A DNA stretch of 64,000 nt from Eledone cirrhosa (GCA_964016885.1 OZ024741.1:332196001-332260000), one strand, 5' to 3'; shown: positions 44,721-58,803, counted from the stretch's first letter. The notes: generated by a model not told the origin, from the letters alone. A program made the numbers and translations.

Positions 44721-45192
44721 TTACCCTAACCCTAACCCTAACATATATATATATCTAAAACCCTTATCAAGTCCTTCTCTGGATTTTGGTCTTTGTATTT
44801 ATTATTATTACTAATCATCATCATCATTTTACGTCCGCTTTTCCCTGCTTATATTCAATAACCTGCTGGTTCATCTGTTTAAACAAAGCCAGGTCCATTG
44901 TTTCTGAGGATTGACAGCAAAATAGACGTGCTTCAACAAAGTTGATGTTATTGAGTGGCATAACTACCATTGATTAGTCACATATCAATACTTATGCACT
45001 TTGAAACGGTCATAAACTAATAGACTAATTAACTACTTTACCTTGCTTTTCTTATTCTTTCATTATTTATACACACACACAAATATATATATTTATACAT
45101 ACACACACATATATATATATTTATACATACATAGACATATATATTTATACATAGATACACATGCATGCAAACACACATATATATGTATATAT

Positions 45193-45464
45193 CAGTGGCG
45201 AAGGGTAACCTGGAAAGCAGGGCATGCAGTCCAATCGCCATGGCGGAAAGTGGGGCTGTGTAACCTTACCCCCCCCCCCCCCCCCCCAAAAAAAAAATTC
45301 CCTCTAAATGACCCTCCCGGTCAAAGCCGCCTGTAGTGTTATCTAGTGTGTGTTATCTTTTTATGTGTCTACGATTTAGTAAGCAGCCAACATTCTGCTT
45401 GCTTCAACCAACGCAATTGATCAACTCAAGATTCTATAACGCATGCACTCACACTTTGCCCCTG
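45193..45464. mobile_element. hAT-family MITE with 8-bp target-site duplication
   Basis: TIR cagtggcgaagggt / acactttgcccctg, flanked on both sides by gtatatat. Confidence 0.8.
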
Positions 45465-45636
45465 GTATATATGTACTTTTAGTCCACAACAATAATTCAC
45501 CAATATAGTTCAATAATATACTCTAATTGATCTATCACTCTATCACATAGTATCATTATCAATACAGTAACACAATACACATAAGATTGCTATTTCTTAC
45601 ATACTTTTACAACTGTTACGTATATATATATCTCAT

Positions 45637-45723
<87 letters not shown>

Positions 45724-45794
45724 TTATATGTATATATATATATCCTTATATATATATATATATACACATATATATATATTTATGTACATATTTT

Positions 45795-45891
<97 letters not shown>

Positions 45892-45912
45892 TTATGTATA
45901 TATGTATGTATA

Positions 45913-45997
<85 letters not shown>

Positions 45998-46562
45998 TTA
46001 TACCACAAATCTATTGAAACTGTAATACTATCTACTTTATTTATCGTAATTTTCTCTGCTGTAATTTGCAATCAGTAATTGATAATATATCATTCCCCAA
46101 ATTAACTGACATTTTAAGGTCAACAACACGTTCTTTATAAATATAATAAAAAGCAACACAGTTATATATTTTTGTTCAATATAGCTCTTGTTTAACAGAC
46201 TTTTAATGTTACCATTCAATATAACCTTTTCATTTTAATCACCAAATCTCTATCAATAAAACTGGTCAATATTTTCTCACTCTCATCCCCCTCCCAACTC
46301 ACCTCCAACTCACACCTTTCTCCCCCACCTGACTCACCCCCCTCATCTCACAGTGTTTTTTTTCCCTCACACTTTTTTCTTTTTTTCTACCGTGATTGAG
46401 GTAAAACAGTTTTCACAATTAGATATTATATAGATTATGGACTGTAAATATTTATTTGACTTTATTAAGCTTATGCAAATGAGAGAGAGAGAAAGAAAAG
46501 AAAGAGAAAGAGAACCAAGAAGTTACTTTTCTAAAATATTTCCTCCACATTCAGCTCATGTT

Positions 46563-47110
46563 TGAGGGTCAGCTGAAAAGTTCATAGGCTGACCAAGATA
46601 CTCTCATGGAATAACTAAATGAGGTTTATTTTTCAACATAGCCATTGGAAAGAAACAATGCTGTTATTGATAAGAAGAGTTGACTTTAATGCATGGAAGA
46701 TTTCACAGCTCTAGCATCAATCCTTCATAGTCAGCCAATGAATTTTCCTGCCCACCTCCATAATGTTTATAAACTGGTTAAAGTAGCAAACTAATTTTTT
46801 CTAAAAGTCAACATAATCCTGGGAACAAAACAATGCTGTTATTGATAAGAAGAGTTGACTTTAATGCATGGAAGATTTCACAGCTCTAGCATCAATCCTT
46901 CATAGTCAGCCAATGAATTTTCCTGCCCACCTCCATAATGTTTATAAACTGGTTAAAGTAGCAAACTAATTTTTTCTAAAAGTCAACATAATCCTGGGAA
47001 CAAAACAATGCTGTTATTGATAAGAAGAGTTGAAATTAATGAATGCAAGATTTCACACCTCTAGCATCATTCCTTCATAATCAGCTGATGAACTTTTCAG
47101 CCGAGCCTCA
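46563..47110. mobile_element. Mariner MITE array with an exact 175-bp internal tandem duplication
   Basis: aaacaatgctgttattgataag recurs at 46653, 46828 and 47003. Confidence 0.85.
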
Positions 47111-47552
47111 TATCTAATAGTAAACTACTGTTTAGTTAGAAAGATTTTCATAACTTTTTAAGTAAGATTTTATCCTTCTATCAACTATATGTTACTTCCT
47201 TTCTATTCATTTCATAGAGCCATTCTTCTATATATTTTCTATATAAGATTTACAATTATGAATTTGTAAAGATTTTTCTTTTATCTAATTCACAATATCT
47301 GCTATTTGTCCTCTGTTTAATCACTGCTATGTATTTGAATTGACTGAGGAGACATTTGGAAAATGTCTGCTATTGCTGTTCTGAGACAGAAGCTTAAGTT
47401 GAATAATGAAATATTACTGTGGACAAAAAAAATAATGCAATCCAGCTGTTTGTAGAATATATTAATGGGAATGCTGGCAGACTATTTCAATGTATTGAAA
47501 TATAGAAATACTGACAGTACTCAATAATTGATGAGAGCTAAGGTTAGACATA

Positions 47553-47749
47553 GAGAGAGTCAGCTGAAAAGTTCATAGGCTAACCAAGATACTCTCATGG
47601 AATGACCAAATGAGATTTATTTTTCAACATAATCCCTGGAAAGAAATAATAGTTATTAATAAGAAGGGTTGAAAATAATGTATACAAGATTTCACAGCCC
47701 TAGCATCACTCCTTTATAGTCAAGCTATAAACTTTTCAGCCCACCCTCC
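47553..47749. mobile_element. Mariner-type MITE
   Basis: Same family as 3891-4089. Confidence 0.85.
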
Positions 47750-48177
47750 TATGTATATTAAGTATGGGATAACAAAGTTTCACTTTAAAATGTTTTTATT
47801 CCATATCAAATGTTACATGTTTCATAGATGATTAGCTCAAGGTCTTTATCAATATGATAGACTGAATACTTTCAAGGTCAGCCTATGAACCTTTCAGCCA
47901 ACACTCGGAAATTTAGCAGAAGCCGCGCTTGTTTGATATTTTGTAAGATTTGTAAAATATCAATTCAAAATTGCTTTATTTAGATAATTTCTCTTGCTAT
48001 TTCTCAGAAGTCTGCTTATTTTTCTCACAGTTTGACCAAATAGCTACAAAATTAAAATATTTTTACAGGTCTTTTTTTTTTTTAAATAATGTATACCAAC
48101 TTTATACACTTTTCATCATCACTGTTTAGCATAAATTTTCTATGCTTGCTTGGGTTAGACAGGTTGTCATATTGTAA

Positions 48178-48602
48178 GGCTAGACTGATCAGGTGACCAG
48201 ATCTTGCATGGTTTCGAGAGGTTATCATATAGTAAAGCTAGAACGATCAGGTGACCATATCTTGCTGTGCCTAGACTGATCAGGTGACGATGTTTTGCTG
48301 AGCTTAGACAGGCCAGCTGATCATGCCATACTGAGACTTGACTGGTCAGGTGATCAAGTTTTACTGAGTTTAGACTGGTCAGGTGACCATGTTATGCTGT
48401 GGCTAGACTGATCAGGTGAACATGTTTTACTGAGCTTAGACTGATCAGGTGACCATGTCATGCTGAGACTTGACAGGTTAGGTGACCATGTCTTGCTGAG
48501 GCTTAAGTGGTAAGGTGACCATGTCTTGCTGCAGCTCTAGAGAGGACAAGTGACCATATCTTGCTGAGCTTAAGGCTTGAATGTTCAGGTGACCATGTCT
48601 TC
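48178..48602. repeat. ~33-bp minisatellite, about 12 units
   Basis: cttagactgatcaggtgaccatgtcttgctgag units that follow an RTE-tail start at 48114. Confidence 0.85.
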
Positions 48603-49745
48603 ATTTTATGCTCAGTCTTTCATTATAAATGTGGTAAGGAAAATATTTTTGAAAATGAAAAGTACTTTTACTGTGGTATTTAGAACTGCAATGGTAAAAA
48701 TGATAGAAATACATACATATATGCATGCATACATACATGTACATACATATATACACATATAATCATATATACACACATACATGAATACATACACACACAC
48801 ATGAATATATATACACACACACACATGCATACATACATGCATCCCTTCCTATTTACCTGCCTGCTTGCCTGCCTACCTGCATGTATAAATACACATACAG
48901 ACATACTCACACCAACACACACATACATGAATACATACACACATACACACATATATACATACACACATACAAACACACATTTATATACATGCATACACCC
49001 ATACACGTACATACTCACACATATGCATACATACTTACATACATGCATACACACACATACGTATATGCATACATAATGATTCTAATCAGCATGACTATCA
49101 GAAAGAAATAAAATGTTTGAAGTGAAGTCAGAATGAAGTAACTTGTCTGATTTCCTATCTAGACAGCAGGTCTCTATATGGGGTAATGTAGTATTTCAGA
49201 TTTCCATCGGAACAATATGATATCAAAGAAATCCCATATAGTTTGGAACATCAGTCGTGACCATGATACATTTTTCCCTAGCAAATATCATATTTGAAGC
49301 TAAAATGTTATCTCTTTCATATAAGCCTCGGGCTTCTTTGCTTGGAGGATCATCCATTATGTTGATAATATTATCTATATTGAAGGTGTGTGGTTTAGTG
49401 GTAAGAGAATTGGACTTGCAATCATGAGGTTGTGAGTTCAATTACCGAACCAGAGGATGCATTATCTCTTTGAACAAGACATTTTATCTTTATTTCATAT
49501 TGCTCTTTCTGCCAGGAGTTGCAACCAGTAGATAGTATCAGTAGTGGAAAGCCAAATGTAAACATTGTTTCCTTTGTTTGATTTGATAAGTTTCACCCCA
49601 CTCGGTAACCGAATGAAGTCTGGCATCTTGTCAACCCATTACTTATTCTCAGACTAGTGGAGCTGTGTTTCAATAATTGTTTTAGCATAAGCACAAGGCC
49701 AGCAATGTTAGTGGGAGGGGAAAGTTGATTAAATTAACCTCACTA

Positions 49746-50085
49746 CTGGATGGTGCATACATTAAAATACTTAGGGTTGTACAAAACATAAACTGGCATC
49801 AATGAAAGCTTATATGGTTACTTGCCCAAGATAACAACTACAATTGCACAAAGATGGTTATGATTTACAAGACATTTCTGGAGAAGTAAACTGGAAGTTA
49901 TACACGAGCTACTATCGTGGGAACCAACTCACAGGAGATACAGTAGAGAAAGACCTGCCCAAACCTTCATTGATCAACTCTCAGACAATATAAACCACAG
50001 TAAGGAGCAGTTGCCAGGAGCAATGGAAAATCGTGAATTGTGGAGAGACTTTGTCAGGAATGTTCAACTGTGGTTGCAGTGAAGA
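49746..50085 (+). mobile_element. Degenerate RTE LINE 3' fragment
   Basis: LDGAYIKILRVVQNINW..LYGYLPKITTTI..LLSWEPTH..AMENRELWR. Confidence 0.8.
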
Positions 50086-50292
50086 TGACTGGACTGGTAC
50101 TATATTTTACCAACCCTGGAAGGATGAAAGGCAAAGTTGACTTTGATGAGATTTGAATAAAGAGCTGGAAGAAATAACATAAACGACATTGCAGGGTGGA
50201 CTGGGTGCTTCTGTAGTGGTGCCAATATATATATATGTATATAAATAGGGAGACACAAAGCGGGCTTTGTTTACAAATGGCTAGTGAATTTA

Positions 50293-50600
50293 AAATTAGG
50301 TAGTAACATGTGCTTAAGCCATATTTGACTACATAGAATTAGTCTGTTAGTTGGGATTTTAAAAACCTTCTGAATGGGAAAAAGGATGAGTATTGACGTA
50401 CATGGGACATGAACCCACATCTTTGGTTTGCCGGACTAATGTGTTACCATACATTAATCCGGCAAACCAAAGATGTGGGTTCATGTCCCATGTACGTCAA
50501 TACTCATCCTTTTTCCCATTCAGAGGGTTTTTAAAATCTGAACTAACAGACTAATTCTATATAGTCAAATATGGTGTAAGCACATGTTACTACCTAATTT
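50293..50600. repeat. Palindrome with ~150-bp arms and an 8-nt loop, containing tRNA-like boxes
   Basis: 50293-50442 versus 50451-50600 are reverse complements with a few mismatches. Confidence 0.9.
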
Positions 50601-51364
50601 ATATATATATATATATGTGGTCATGGAGGCGTCACGACAAAAAAGCACCCAGCCCACAATGTAAAGTGGTCGTGTAGGCGCCACGGTAAAAATGCACCCA
50701 GAACTCACTGTAAATGAAGTTGGTGTTAGGAAGGGCCTTCCAGCTGTAGAAACCGAGCCAAAATCAGTCCTATACAAGCAAGACATGGTCACTTGACCTG
50801 GCATTGCCCACAACAGGACAACCCGTCTAACCCATGCTGGCGTGGAAACATTGACGTAAAACAGTGATGATGATGATGATATATCATGTGAAGGTGCATA
50901 GCTTGGTGGTTAGAGAATTGGGCTTGCAATCATGAGGTTGTGAGTTTGATTCCCAGACCGGGTGATGTGTTGTGTCCTTGAGCAAGACACTTTATTTCAT
51001 GTTGCTCCAGTTTACTTCGCTGTAGAAATGAGTTGCGATATCACTAGTGCCAAATTGTATTCGCCATAGATTTTCCCTTGGAAAACATTGGCAGCACGGA
51101 GAGGCGAGTCTGGTATGCATGGGTGACAGCTGGACTTCCACAAACAACCTTGCCCAGACATGTGCCTTGGAGCGGAACTAGGTGCAAATCCCATGGTCAT
51201 TAGTGACTGAAGGGTCTCATATATATATATATATCATATACATATGTGTGTGTGTGTGCGTGTGTGCATGTGTGTGTGTGTGGAGAAGTAAACTGAAAAA
51301 AAGCAACAGGTGATGAAGTTCAATGAAGTTATATATCAGTTTCATACTTATTATAGGATTAAAA

Positions 51365-51400
51365 GTCTTAACGTTTCAGATGCTAGTCTTTCATCAGAAA
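51365..51400 (-). ncRNA. Minimal hammerhead-like motif
   Basis: Minus strand: CTGATGA-a-AGA ctagca TCT-GAAACGTTA; related degenerate copy at 13519-13560 (-). Confidence 0.5.
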
Positions 51401-52109
51401 ATAGAATGTGAAATTGAAGACGAAGTAGAAAGATAGATTTGTGGATTGGCAGTATCGGTAGAGGGTCGGACGCCATGCTTTCCAGCATAGTTACGTCCCT
51501 TTACGATCTGAGTTCAAATCCCGCCGAGGTTGACTTTGCCTTTCATCCTTACGGGGTTGATAAAATAAAGTACCAGTAATGCACTGGGTAATTGCTGGCC
51601 TTGTGCCTAAAGTAGAAACAATTATATAATGTGGAAAGTGATATAAGGCTAAACAACACAAAATGGACGATAAGATGAAGGCAACAAAATATTTAGTCAC
51701 CTGGTAATCTTTGTTTTGTTTTATTTTGCTCTTGTTTCTTTTGTCTTAATATTTAGGGACTTAAAATTCCCTTCTTTAGAGTATAAGGATCTCAGAGAAA
51801 GATAGAAGAGAATGAGCTGAAGCAGAAACAAAAAATATTTCTACATGAAAAATCAGGTCTGTTCATATATAAATATAGGCATGGGAGTTAACTTCATGAA
51901 GTTAGATATAGATAGACTGATAAACATACGCACACATACTCTATTCTCCGATATATGTCCCATCATGTTTATATATTTCACCATTTTACCACACACTACA
52001 CTACTGAACTCTATTGCTGCTCTATTGTATTGTTGTATTGTTGTATATGTTGTTGTTGTCATTGTTGTGTTGAACTTTTTTCGTTTCTTATGCTTTTATT
52101 ACAAATAAA

Positions 52110-52720
52110 GCAATCATGGTCATCATAACCATCATCTTGATAAATATCATCATCATCATACACATTGCCATCATCAAATCATCATAAACATCATCATCAT
52201 CATCGTCATCATGATAAACAACTTCAATATCATCATCATAGTCAACATCACCATTAACATAATTATTATCATCATCATCAGTATCATAAACATCATCATC
52301 ACCATCATCATCATTATCATCATGATAAACATCATCATCATCATAATCATCATGATAATGATGATTATGATGATATCATAATTATCATCATCATGATAAA
52401 CATCATGAACATCACCACCACCACCACCAGCAGCATCATCATCATCATGATAAACATCATAAACATCCCCACCACCACCAACCAGCATCATCATCATCAT
52501 GATAAACATGATAAACATCACCCCCAGCATCATCATCATCATCATCATGATAAAAATCATAAACAAAACCACCACCACCACCATCATCATCATCATGATA
52601 AACACCACCAGCATCATCATCATCATGATAAGCATCATAAATACCACCACCACCACCACCACCACCATCGTCATCATCATGATGAACATCATCCATATCA
52701 TAATTATTATCACCATCATG
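52110..52720. repeat. (CAT)n/(CAC)n compound microsatellite
   Basis: Low-complexity tract seen directly. Confidence 0.9.
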
Positions 52721-52893
52721 CTTGATTTTGTACACTAACTGAGATTATTGCAAATCTCCTTGACAACTCCTCTCAAACTCCTCATCAATTTCTTCTAGAA
52801 AAACAAATATATAAATATAAATATAAATAAATACAAATAAAATGAATATATATATATATATTTATATATAAACAAATAAAATAAATATATATA

Positions 52894-52932
<39 letters not shown>

Positions 52933-53244
52933 AATAAAATAAATATATATATATATAAATGAATCAAATCAAATAAATATATATAAATAAATAAATGAAA
53001 TAAATTAATAAATATATAAATAAATAAATATATATATATATAAATAAATAAATCAAATGAAATAAAAGGGAATAAAATGAAAACAAATATTTTATTATTT
53101 GTTTTTGTTTTGTTTTCTACCTCCCACTCTCTCTCTCTCTCTTTCTCTCTCTCTATTTCTCCTTTTTTATTTTTTGTCTTCTTATTTTCTATTGAAAAAC
53201 CATCAATAATCTCCTAAACCTTCTCTTCCACCTCATCCTAGTTA

Positions 53245-55180
53245 GCCAACCATCCTACCTTTCAGCCAGTCATCTACCCTTTTAATCATTCAGCCATCCA
53301 GTCATCCACCCATCCATCTAACTATCCAGCTATCCACCCATCTACCCATCCATCCATCCACCCATCCACCTAACCATCCAGTCATCCACCCATCCATCCA
53401 TCCAGCCATCCACCTAACCATCCAGCCATCCAGCTATCTACCCATCTACCCACCCATCCAACCACCCATCCACCTAACCATCCACCCATCCAGCCATCCA
53501 GCCATCCACCTAACCATCCAGCCTCCAGCCATCCAGTCATCCACCCATCCAGCCATCCACCCATCCATCCAGTCATCCATCTATCCAGCCATCTAACCAT
53601 CCAGCCATCCACCCATCTACCCATCCACCCATCCATCCACCCATCTAACCATCCACCCATCTACCCATCCACCCATCCATCCACCCATCTAACCATCCAC
53701 CCATCTACCCATCCACCCATCCATCCACCCATCTAACCATCCACCCATCTACCCATCCACCCATCCATCCACCCATCTAACCATCCACCCATCTACCCAT
53801 CCACCCATCCATCCAGCCATCTAACCATCCATCCATCTAATCTTTCAGCCATCAATCCATCTATCCACACACCCATCCAACCACCCATCCAGCCATCTAA
53901 TCTATCAGTCAGCTATCAAATCGTCCAGCCATCTAACCAGCCATCAATCTAACCATCCATCCATCTAACCATCCATCCATCTAACCAACCAGCCATCTAA
54001 CCATCCAGCCATCTAACCAGCCAGTTATCTAACCATCCATCCATCTAACCATCCATCCATCTAACCATCCAGCCATCTAACCATCCAGCTATCTAACCAT
54101 CCATCCATCTAACCATCCAGCCATCTAACCATCCAGCCATCTAAACATCCAGCTATCTAACCATCCATCCATCTAACCATCCATCCATCTAACCAGCCAT
54201 CCATCTAACCATCCAGCCATCTAACCATCCACCCATCTAACCAGCCAGTTATCTAACCATCCATCCATCTAACCATCTAGCCATCTAACCAGCCATCCAT
54301 CTAACCATCCAGCCATCTAACCATCCAGCCATCTAACCAGCCAGTTATCTAACCATCCATCCATCTAACCATCTAGCCATCTAACCAGCCATCCATCTAA
54401 CCATCCAGCCATCTAACCATCCACCCATCTAACCAGCCAGTTATCTAACCAGCCAGTTATTTAACCATCCAGCCATCTAACCATCCAGCCATCTAACCAT
54501 CCAGCCATCTAACCATCCACCCATCTAACCAGCCAGCCATCTAACCAGCCAGCCATCTAACCATCCAGCATCTAACCATCCATCCATCTAACCATCCAGC
54601 CATCTAACCAGCCAGCCATCTAACCATCCACCATCTAACCATCCAGCCATCTAACCAGCCAGTTATCTAACCATCCAGTTAACTAACCATCCACCCATCT
54701 AACCAGCCAGTTATCTAACCATCCACCCATCTAACCATCCAGCCATCTAACCATCCACCCATCTAACCATCCAGCCATCTAACCATCCAGCCATCTAACC
54801 ATCCACCCATCTAACCATCCACCCATCTAACCAGCCAGTTATCTAACCAGCCAGTTATTTAACCATCCATCCATCTAACCATTCAGCCATTTAACCATCC
54901 ACCCATCTAACCATTCAGCCATCTAACCATCCACCCATCTAACCAGCCAGTTATCTAACCATCCACCCATCTAACTATCCAAACATCTAGATATCCAGCC
55001 AGCCAACAATCCAACCATCCACCCATCTAACCATCCAGCCATCTAACCAGCCATCCATCTAACCATCCACCCATCTAACCATCCACCCATCTAACCAGCC
55101 AGCTATCTAACCATCCACCCATCTAACTATCCAAACATCTAGATATCCAGCCAGCCAACAATCCAACCATCCAACCATAA
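53245..55180. repeat. Compound tetranucleotide satellite (CCAT/CTAA/CCAG; 16-bp unit ccatctaaccatccag)
   Basis: About 1.9 kb of tandem variants. Confidence 0.92.
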
Positions 55181-55734
55181 AGTTAACCATCCCTGCTTTC
55201 ATCCACCCAAGACAGGGGCTGCCAAACTAAACATAGAACCAACGGGACCCCAACCCCACCAGAATAAAAATGGAAAACAAGGGCTGCCAAAATAAAATGA
55301 AATAAAATAAAAATCAGGAAAATTGAAATGAAATTTAAAATAAAATAGTGTGTAATGATCATGATGATGGTGGTGGGGATGTGTAGAGTTTAGTGGTGGT
55401 AGTGTGTAGTAGGGGGCGAAGATGTGGTGGCTGTGGTGGTGGAGGTGTGTAACGATGATGGTGGTGGGGATGTGAAGTGATATGTGGTAGAGTGTAGTGG
55501 TGGTAGTGTGTAGTGGAGGTGTGTAGAGGTGTGTAATGATGATGGTGGTGGTGCTGGTGGTGGTGGTGCTGGTGTGTGGTGGTGGTGGTGGTGATGGTGG
55601 TGGTGTGTGGTGGTGGTGATGGTGGTAGGTGGTGGTGGTGTGTGATGCTGGCTTTTCAATGAAATTGCTTTGATTCCAGAGATGAAGAATCTCCGATAAG
55701 GCTGTGTGATACTATCAGAGCTGGATTAACCATC

Positions 55735-55979
55735 AAACCCTTCCATTACCATATTTCTAATAAAACACACTGCCTATAGTTTTCTAATCATTTTGAAAAT
55801 AATCAAGAATTTGGGTGGCTTTATCAATATAATTAACTTTCTCTTTATTAAGCCCATGTTCAGAACATAACATAACAAAGGTTCTAATATAAAATTATGA
55901 CAAAATAATTTTACATAAATATAAACACCTCAAAATAAACAGTTTTGTAGTGTAGGTGGTATGGTTTTAAAAGGGTTAA
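55735..55979. mobile_element. piggyBac-like MITE, second family
   Basis: aaccctt ... aagggttaa ends; homologous to 18002-18170. Confidence 0.6.
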
Positions 55980-56358
55980 GGAAAATAACCATTTTAGGGC
56001 ATCAAGAGATGAGGGGTGTCATTTTACTCAAAGTAAATGTACTTGACATTCCCCTCCAAATTTTATCTTACAGACTTTATATATAGAGGTCAACCCAAAG
56101 GGCCTTGGGGTCTAGAATAGCTATTTGTTGGGTTGGTATTCACTAAAAAGCAAGGAATTTGAAATTGGAATAAGAATTCACTGTGTATGTATGTATGTAT
56201 AAATGTATGTATATATATATATATATGCATGTATATATGTATGTATATATGTATGTATATAAGTATGTATATATGTATATATGTATTATGTATATATGTA
56301 TATATGTATGTATAAATTATGTATATATGTATGTATATATGTATGTATATATGTATGT

Positions 56359-56940
56359 CAGGTCACCAGTTGGTGCCACTGGTAACATGTCGGGTCATTG
56401 GCAACTAAACTGGCAACCCCACCAAGGTTTCTTGGTGAGGAGGGTGACTTTGGACATCCTGCAGGACTAAAAACAAAACCTGTCAAAGGACAAACGAGCT
56501 CTTAAGAGTCAATGGCCATCCAAAATCACCGGGAGAAATGACCCCTTAGCCTTTGTCAAGGCAGAATTCTAGGAGAATCAAAACTCTGATATAACACCTG
56601 CAACCCTGATGGTATCCAATGATGTTGACTTGTTCTTCTTTTTGGTAAATATCATCTTGGTTAAGAGAGTGGGACTGGCTTTGTGCAGTGCCTTTGCTCA
56701 CTATAAAAGCTTCACGGCACAGGCATTGCATTATATCTGGAGATCTCTCTGCACTTGTCATCACATGGTACCATGGACTCAGCACTACGTGTCAATAATT
56801 GTCACAAGTGTAGTGTTTGTACCAGAGTTTTCAAGTCGCTGGCTGGACTAAAAAGTCACACTCGTTCAGCCCATCGGTAGGGGTTCTCCTACATGGATAT
56901 AAAGTAGTGGCCGTACTCGAAAACGAGTTGGCAGCCACCA
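56359..56940 (+). mobile_element. Probable internally deleted RTE derivative ending in a C2H2 zinc-finger remnant
   Basis: 56809-56880 encodes CSVCTRVFKSLAGLKSHTRSAHR*; short 3' hairpin actcg aaaa cgagt; sits between microsatellites. Confidence 0.55.
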
Positions 56941-57281
56941 TATATGTATGTATATGTGTATGTATATATGTATATATGTGTATATATGTATATGTATTTA
57001 TAAGAGTATGTATATATATATATATGTATGTATGTATGTAAGTATATATGTATGTTGTGTGTAGGAATGCAAGTATATACACACACACACTCATATATAT
57101 ATATAGACATATGTATATATTTATATATATTTATACATACATACATGTGTGTTTATTTGTGAGTGTATTGTTTGTTGTGCTTTCTCATTTTAATTTAATC
57201 ATTATCAATCATCATCATTATCATGACTATCAGCACGATCATAGTTATCATAATTATCGTTATCATCGTTATTATTGATGA

Positions 57282-58803
57282 ATTGGTAGTATCGGTAGAG
57301 GGTCGGACGCCATGCTTTGATGCATAGAGTTACGGCCCTTGCCATTCTGAGTTCAAATCTCGCCGAGGTTAACTTTGCCTTTAATCCTTACGGGGTCGAT
57401 AAAATAAAGTACCAGTAATACACTGGGTAATTGCTGGCCTTGTGCCTAAAAATAGAAACAATTATTATCATCTTCATCATCATTGGCAGTATCGGTAGAA
57501 GGTCGGACGCCATGCTTTGTAGCAAAGAGTTACGGCCCTTTATGGTCTGAGTTCAAATCCCGTCAAGGTTAACTTTGCCTTTCATCCTTACAGGGTAAAT
57601 AAAATAAAGTACCAGTAATGTACTGGGATAATTGCTGGCCTTGTGCCAAAAGTAGAAACAATTATTATCAACATGATCAGCAATAACAAACCCAGTTGTA
57701 GCAATACACACTCACCACCACCACCACTACCACTGCCACTACACCAGCTCTATCACCACTGCCATCACCACCACCACCGCCACTACCACTGCCACTACAC
57801 CAGCTCTACCCCACTGCCACCACCACCACCACCACCACTGCCACCACTATCACCACTGCCACCACCATTACCACCACCACCACTGCCACTACCACAACCA
57901 CCACCACCACCACCACCACCACTGCCACCACTATCACCACTGCCACAACCACCACCAGCTCCAGCACCAGTGCCACCACCACTACCATCAGCACCAGCAC
58001 CACCGCCCCTACCACCAGCTCCAGCATCACCACTACTGCCACTGCCACTACCACCAACTCCAGCACCACATCCACCCCCACCAGCTTCATTGCCACCACC
58101 ACCGCCACCACCACCACCACCACCACCACCACCACCGCCGCTACCGCCAGCTCCAGCACCACTGCCACCACCACCGCCACTACCACCAGCTCTACCACCA
58201 CCACCACCACCACCACCACCACCACTGCCACTACCACCAGCTCTACCACCACCACCGCCACTACCACCAGCTCTACCACCACTACCACCGCCACCACTGC
58301 CACCACCAACACCACTACCACCTGCTCCAGCACCACTACCACCACCACCACTACCATCAACACCACCACTTTCATTATCATCATTGTCATCATCAACATT
58401 ACATGAAATCTTAATTTCTTCCATTATTAAATTGGCAATATCGGTAGAGGGTCGGACGCCATGCTTTCCAGCATAGTTACGTCCCTTTACGATCTGAGTT
58501 CAAATCCCGCCGAGGTTGACTTTGCCTTTCATCCTTACGGGGTCGATAAAATAAAGTACCAGTAATGTACTGGGTAATTGCTGGCCATGTGCCAAAAGTA
58601 GAAACAATTATTAAGGTGGATTGGCAGTATCGGTAGAGGGTCGGACACCATGCTTTGACGCATAGAGTTACGGCCCTTGCCATTCTGAGTTCAAATCCCG
58701 CCGAGGTTAACTCTGCCTTTCATCCTTATGGGGTTGATAAAATAAAGTACCAGTAATACACTGGGTAATTGCTGGCCTTGTGCCAAAAGTAGAAACAATT
58801 ATT
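57282..58803 (+). mobile_element. Two tandem SINE dimers (~180-bp units at 57282, 57482, 58431, 58620) around a (CCA)n tract at 57715-58375
   Basis: Each unit runs attggcagtatcggtagagggtcggacgcc ... gagttcaaatcc ... agaaacaattatt; single copy at 51445-51625. Confidence 0.88.

Noticed and set aside
56350-56440. HDV-like ribozyme at the putative RTE 5' end
   Set aside because: ccagt/ctaa-actgg is suggestive, but I could not build consistent P1, P3 and P1.1 pairings by eye
57643-58476. 277-aa proline-rich ORF (formin/extensin-like) and the antisense Gly-rich ORF
   Set aside because: Translation of a (CCA)n microsatellite; both ends lie in SINE sequence
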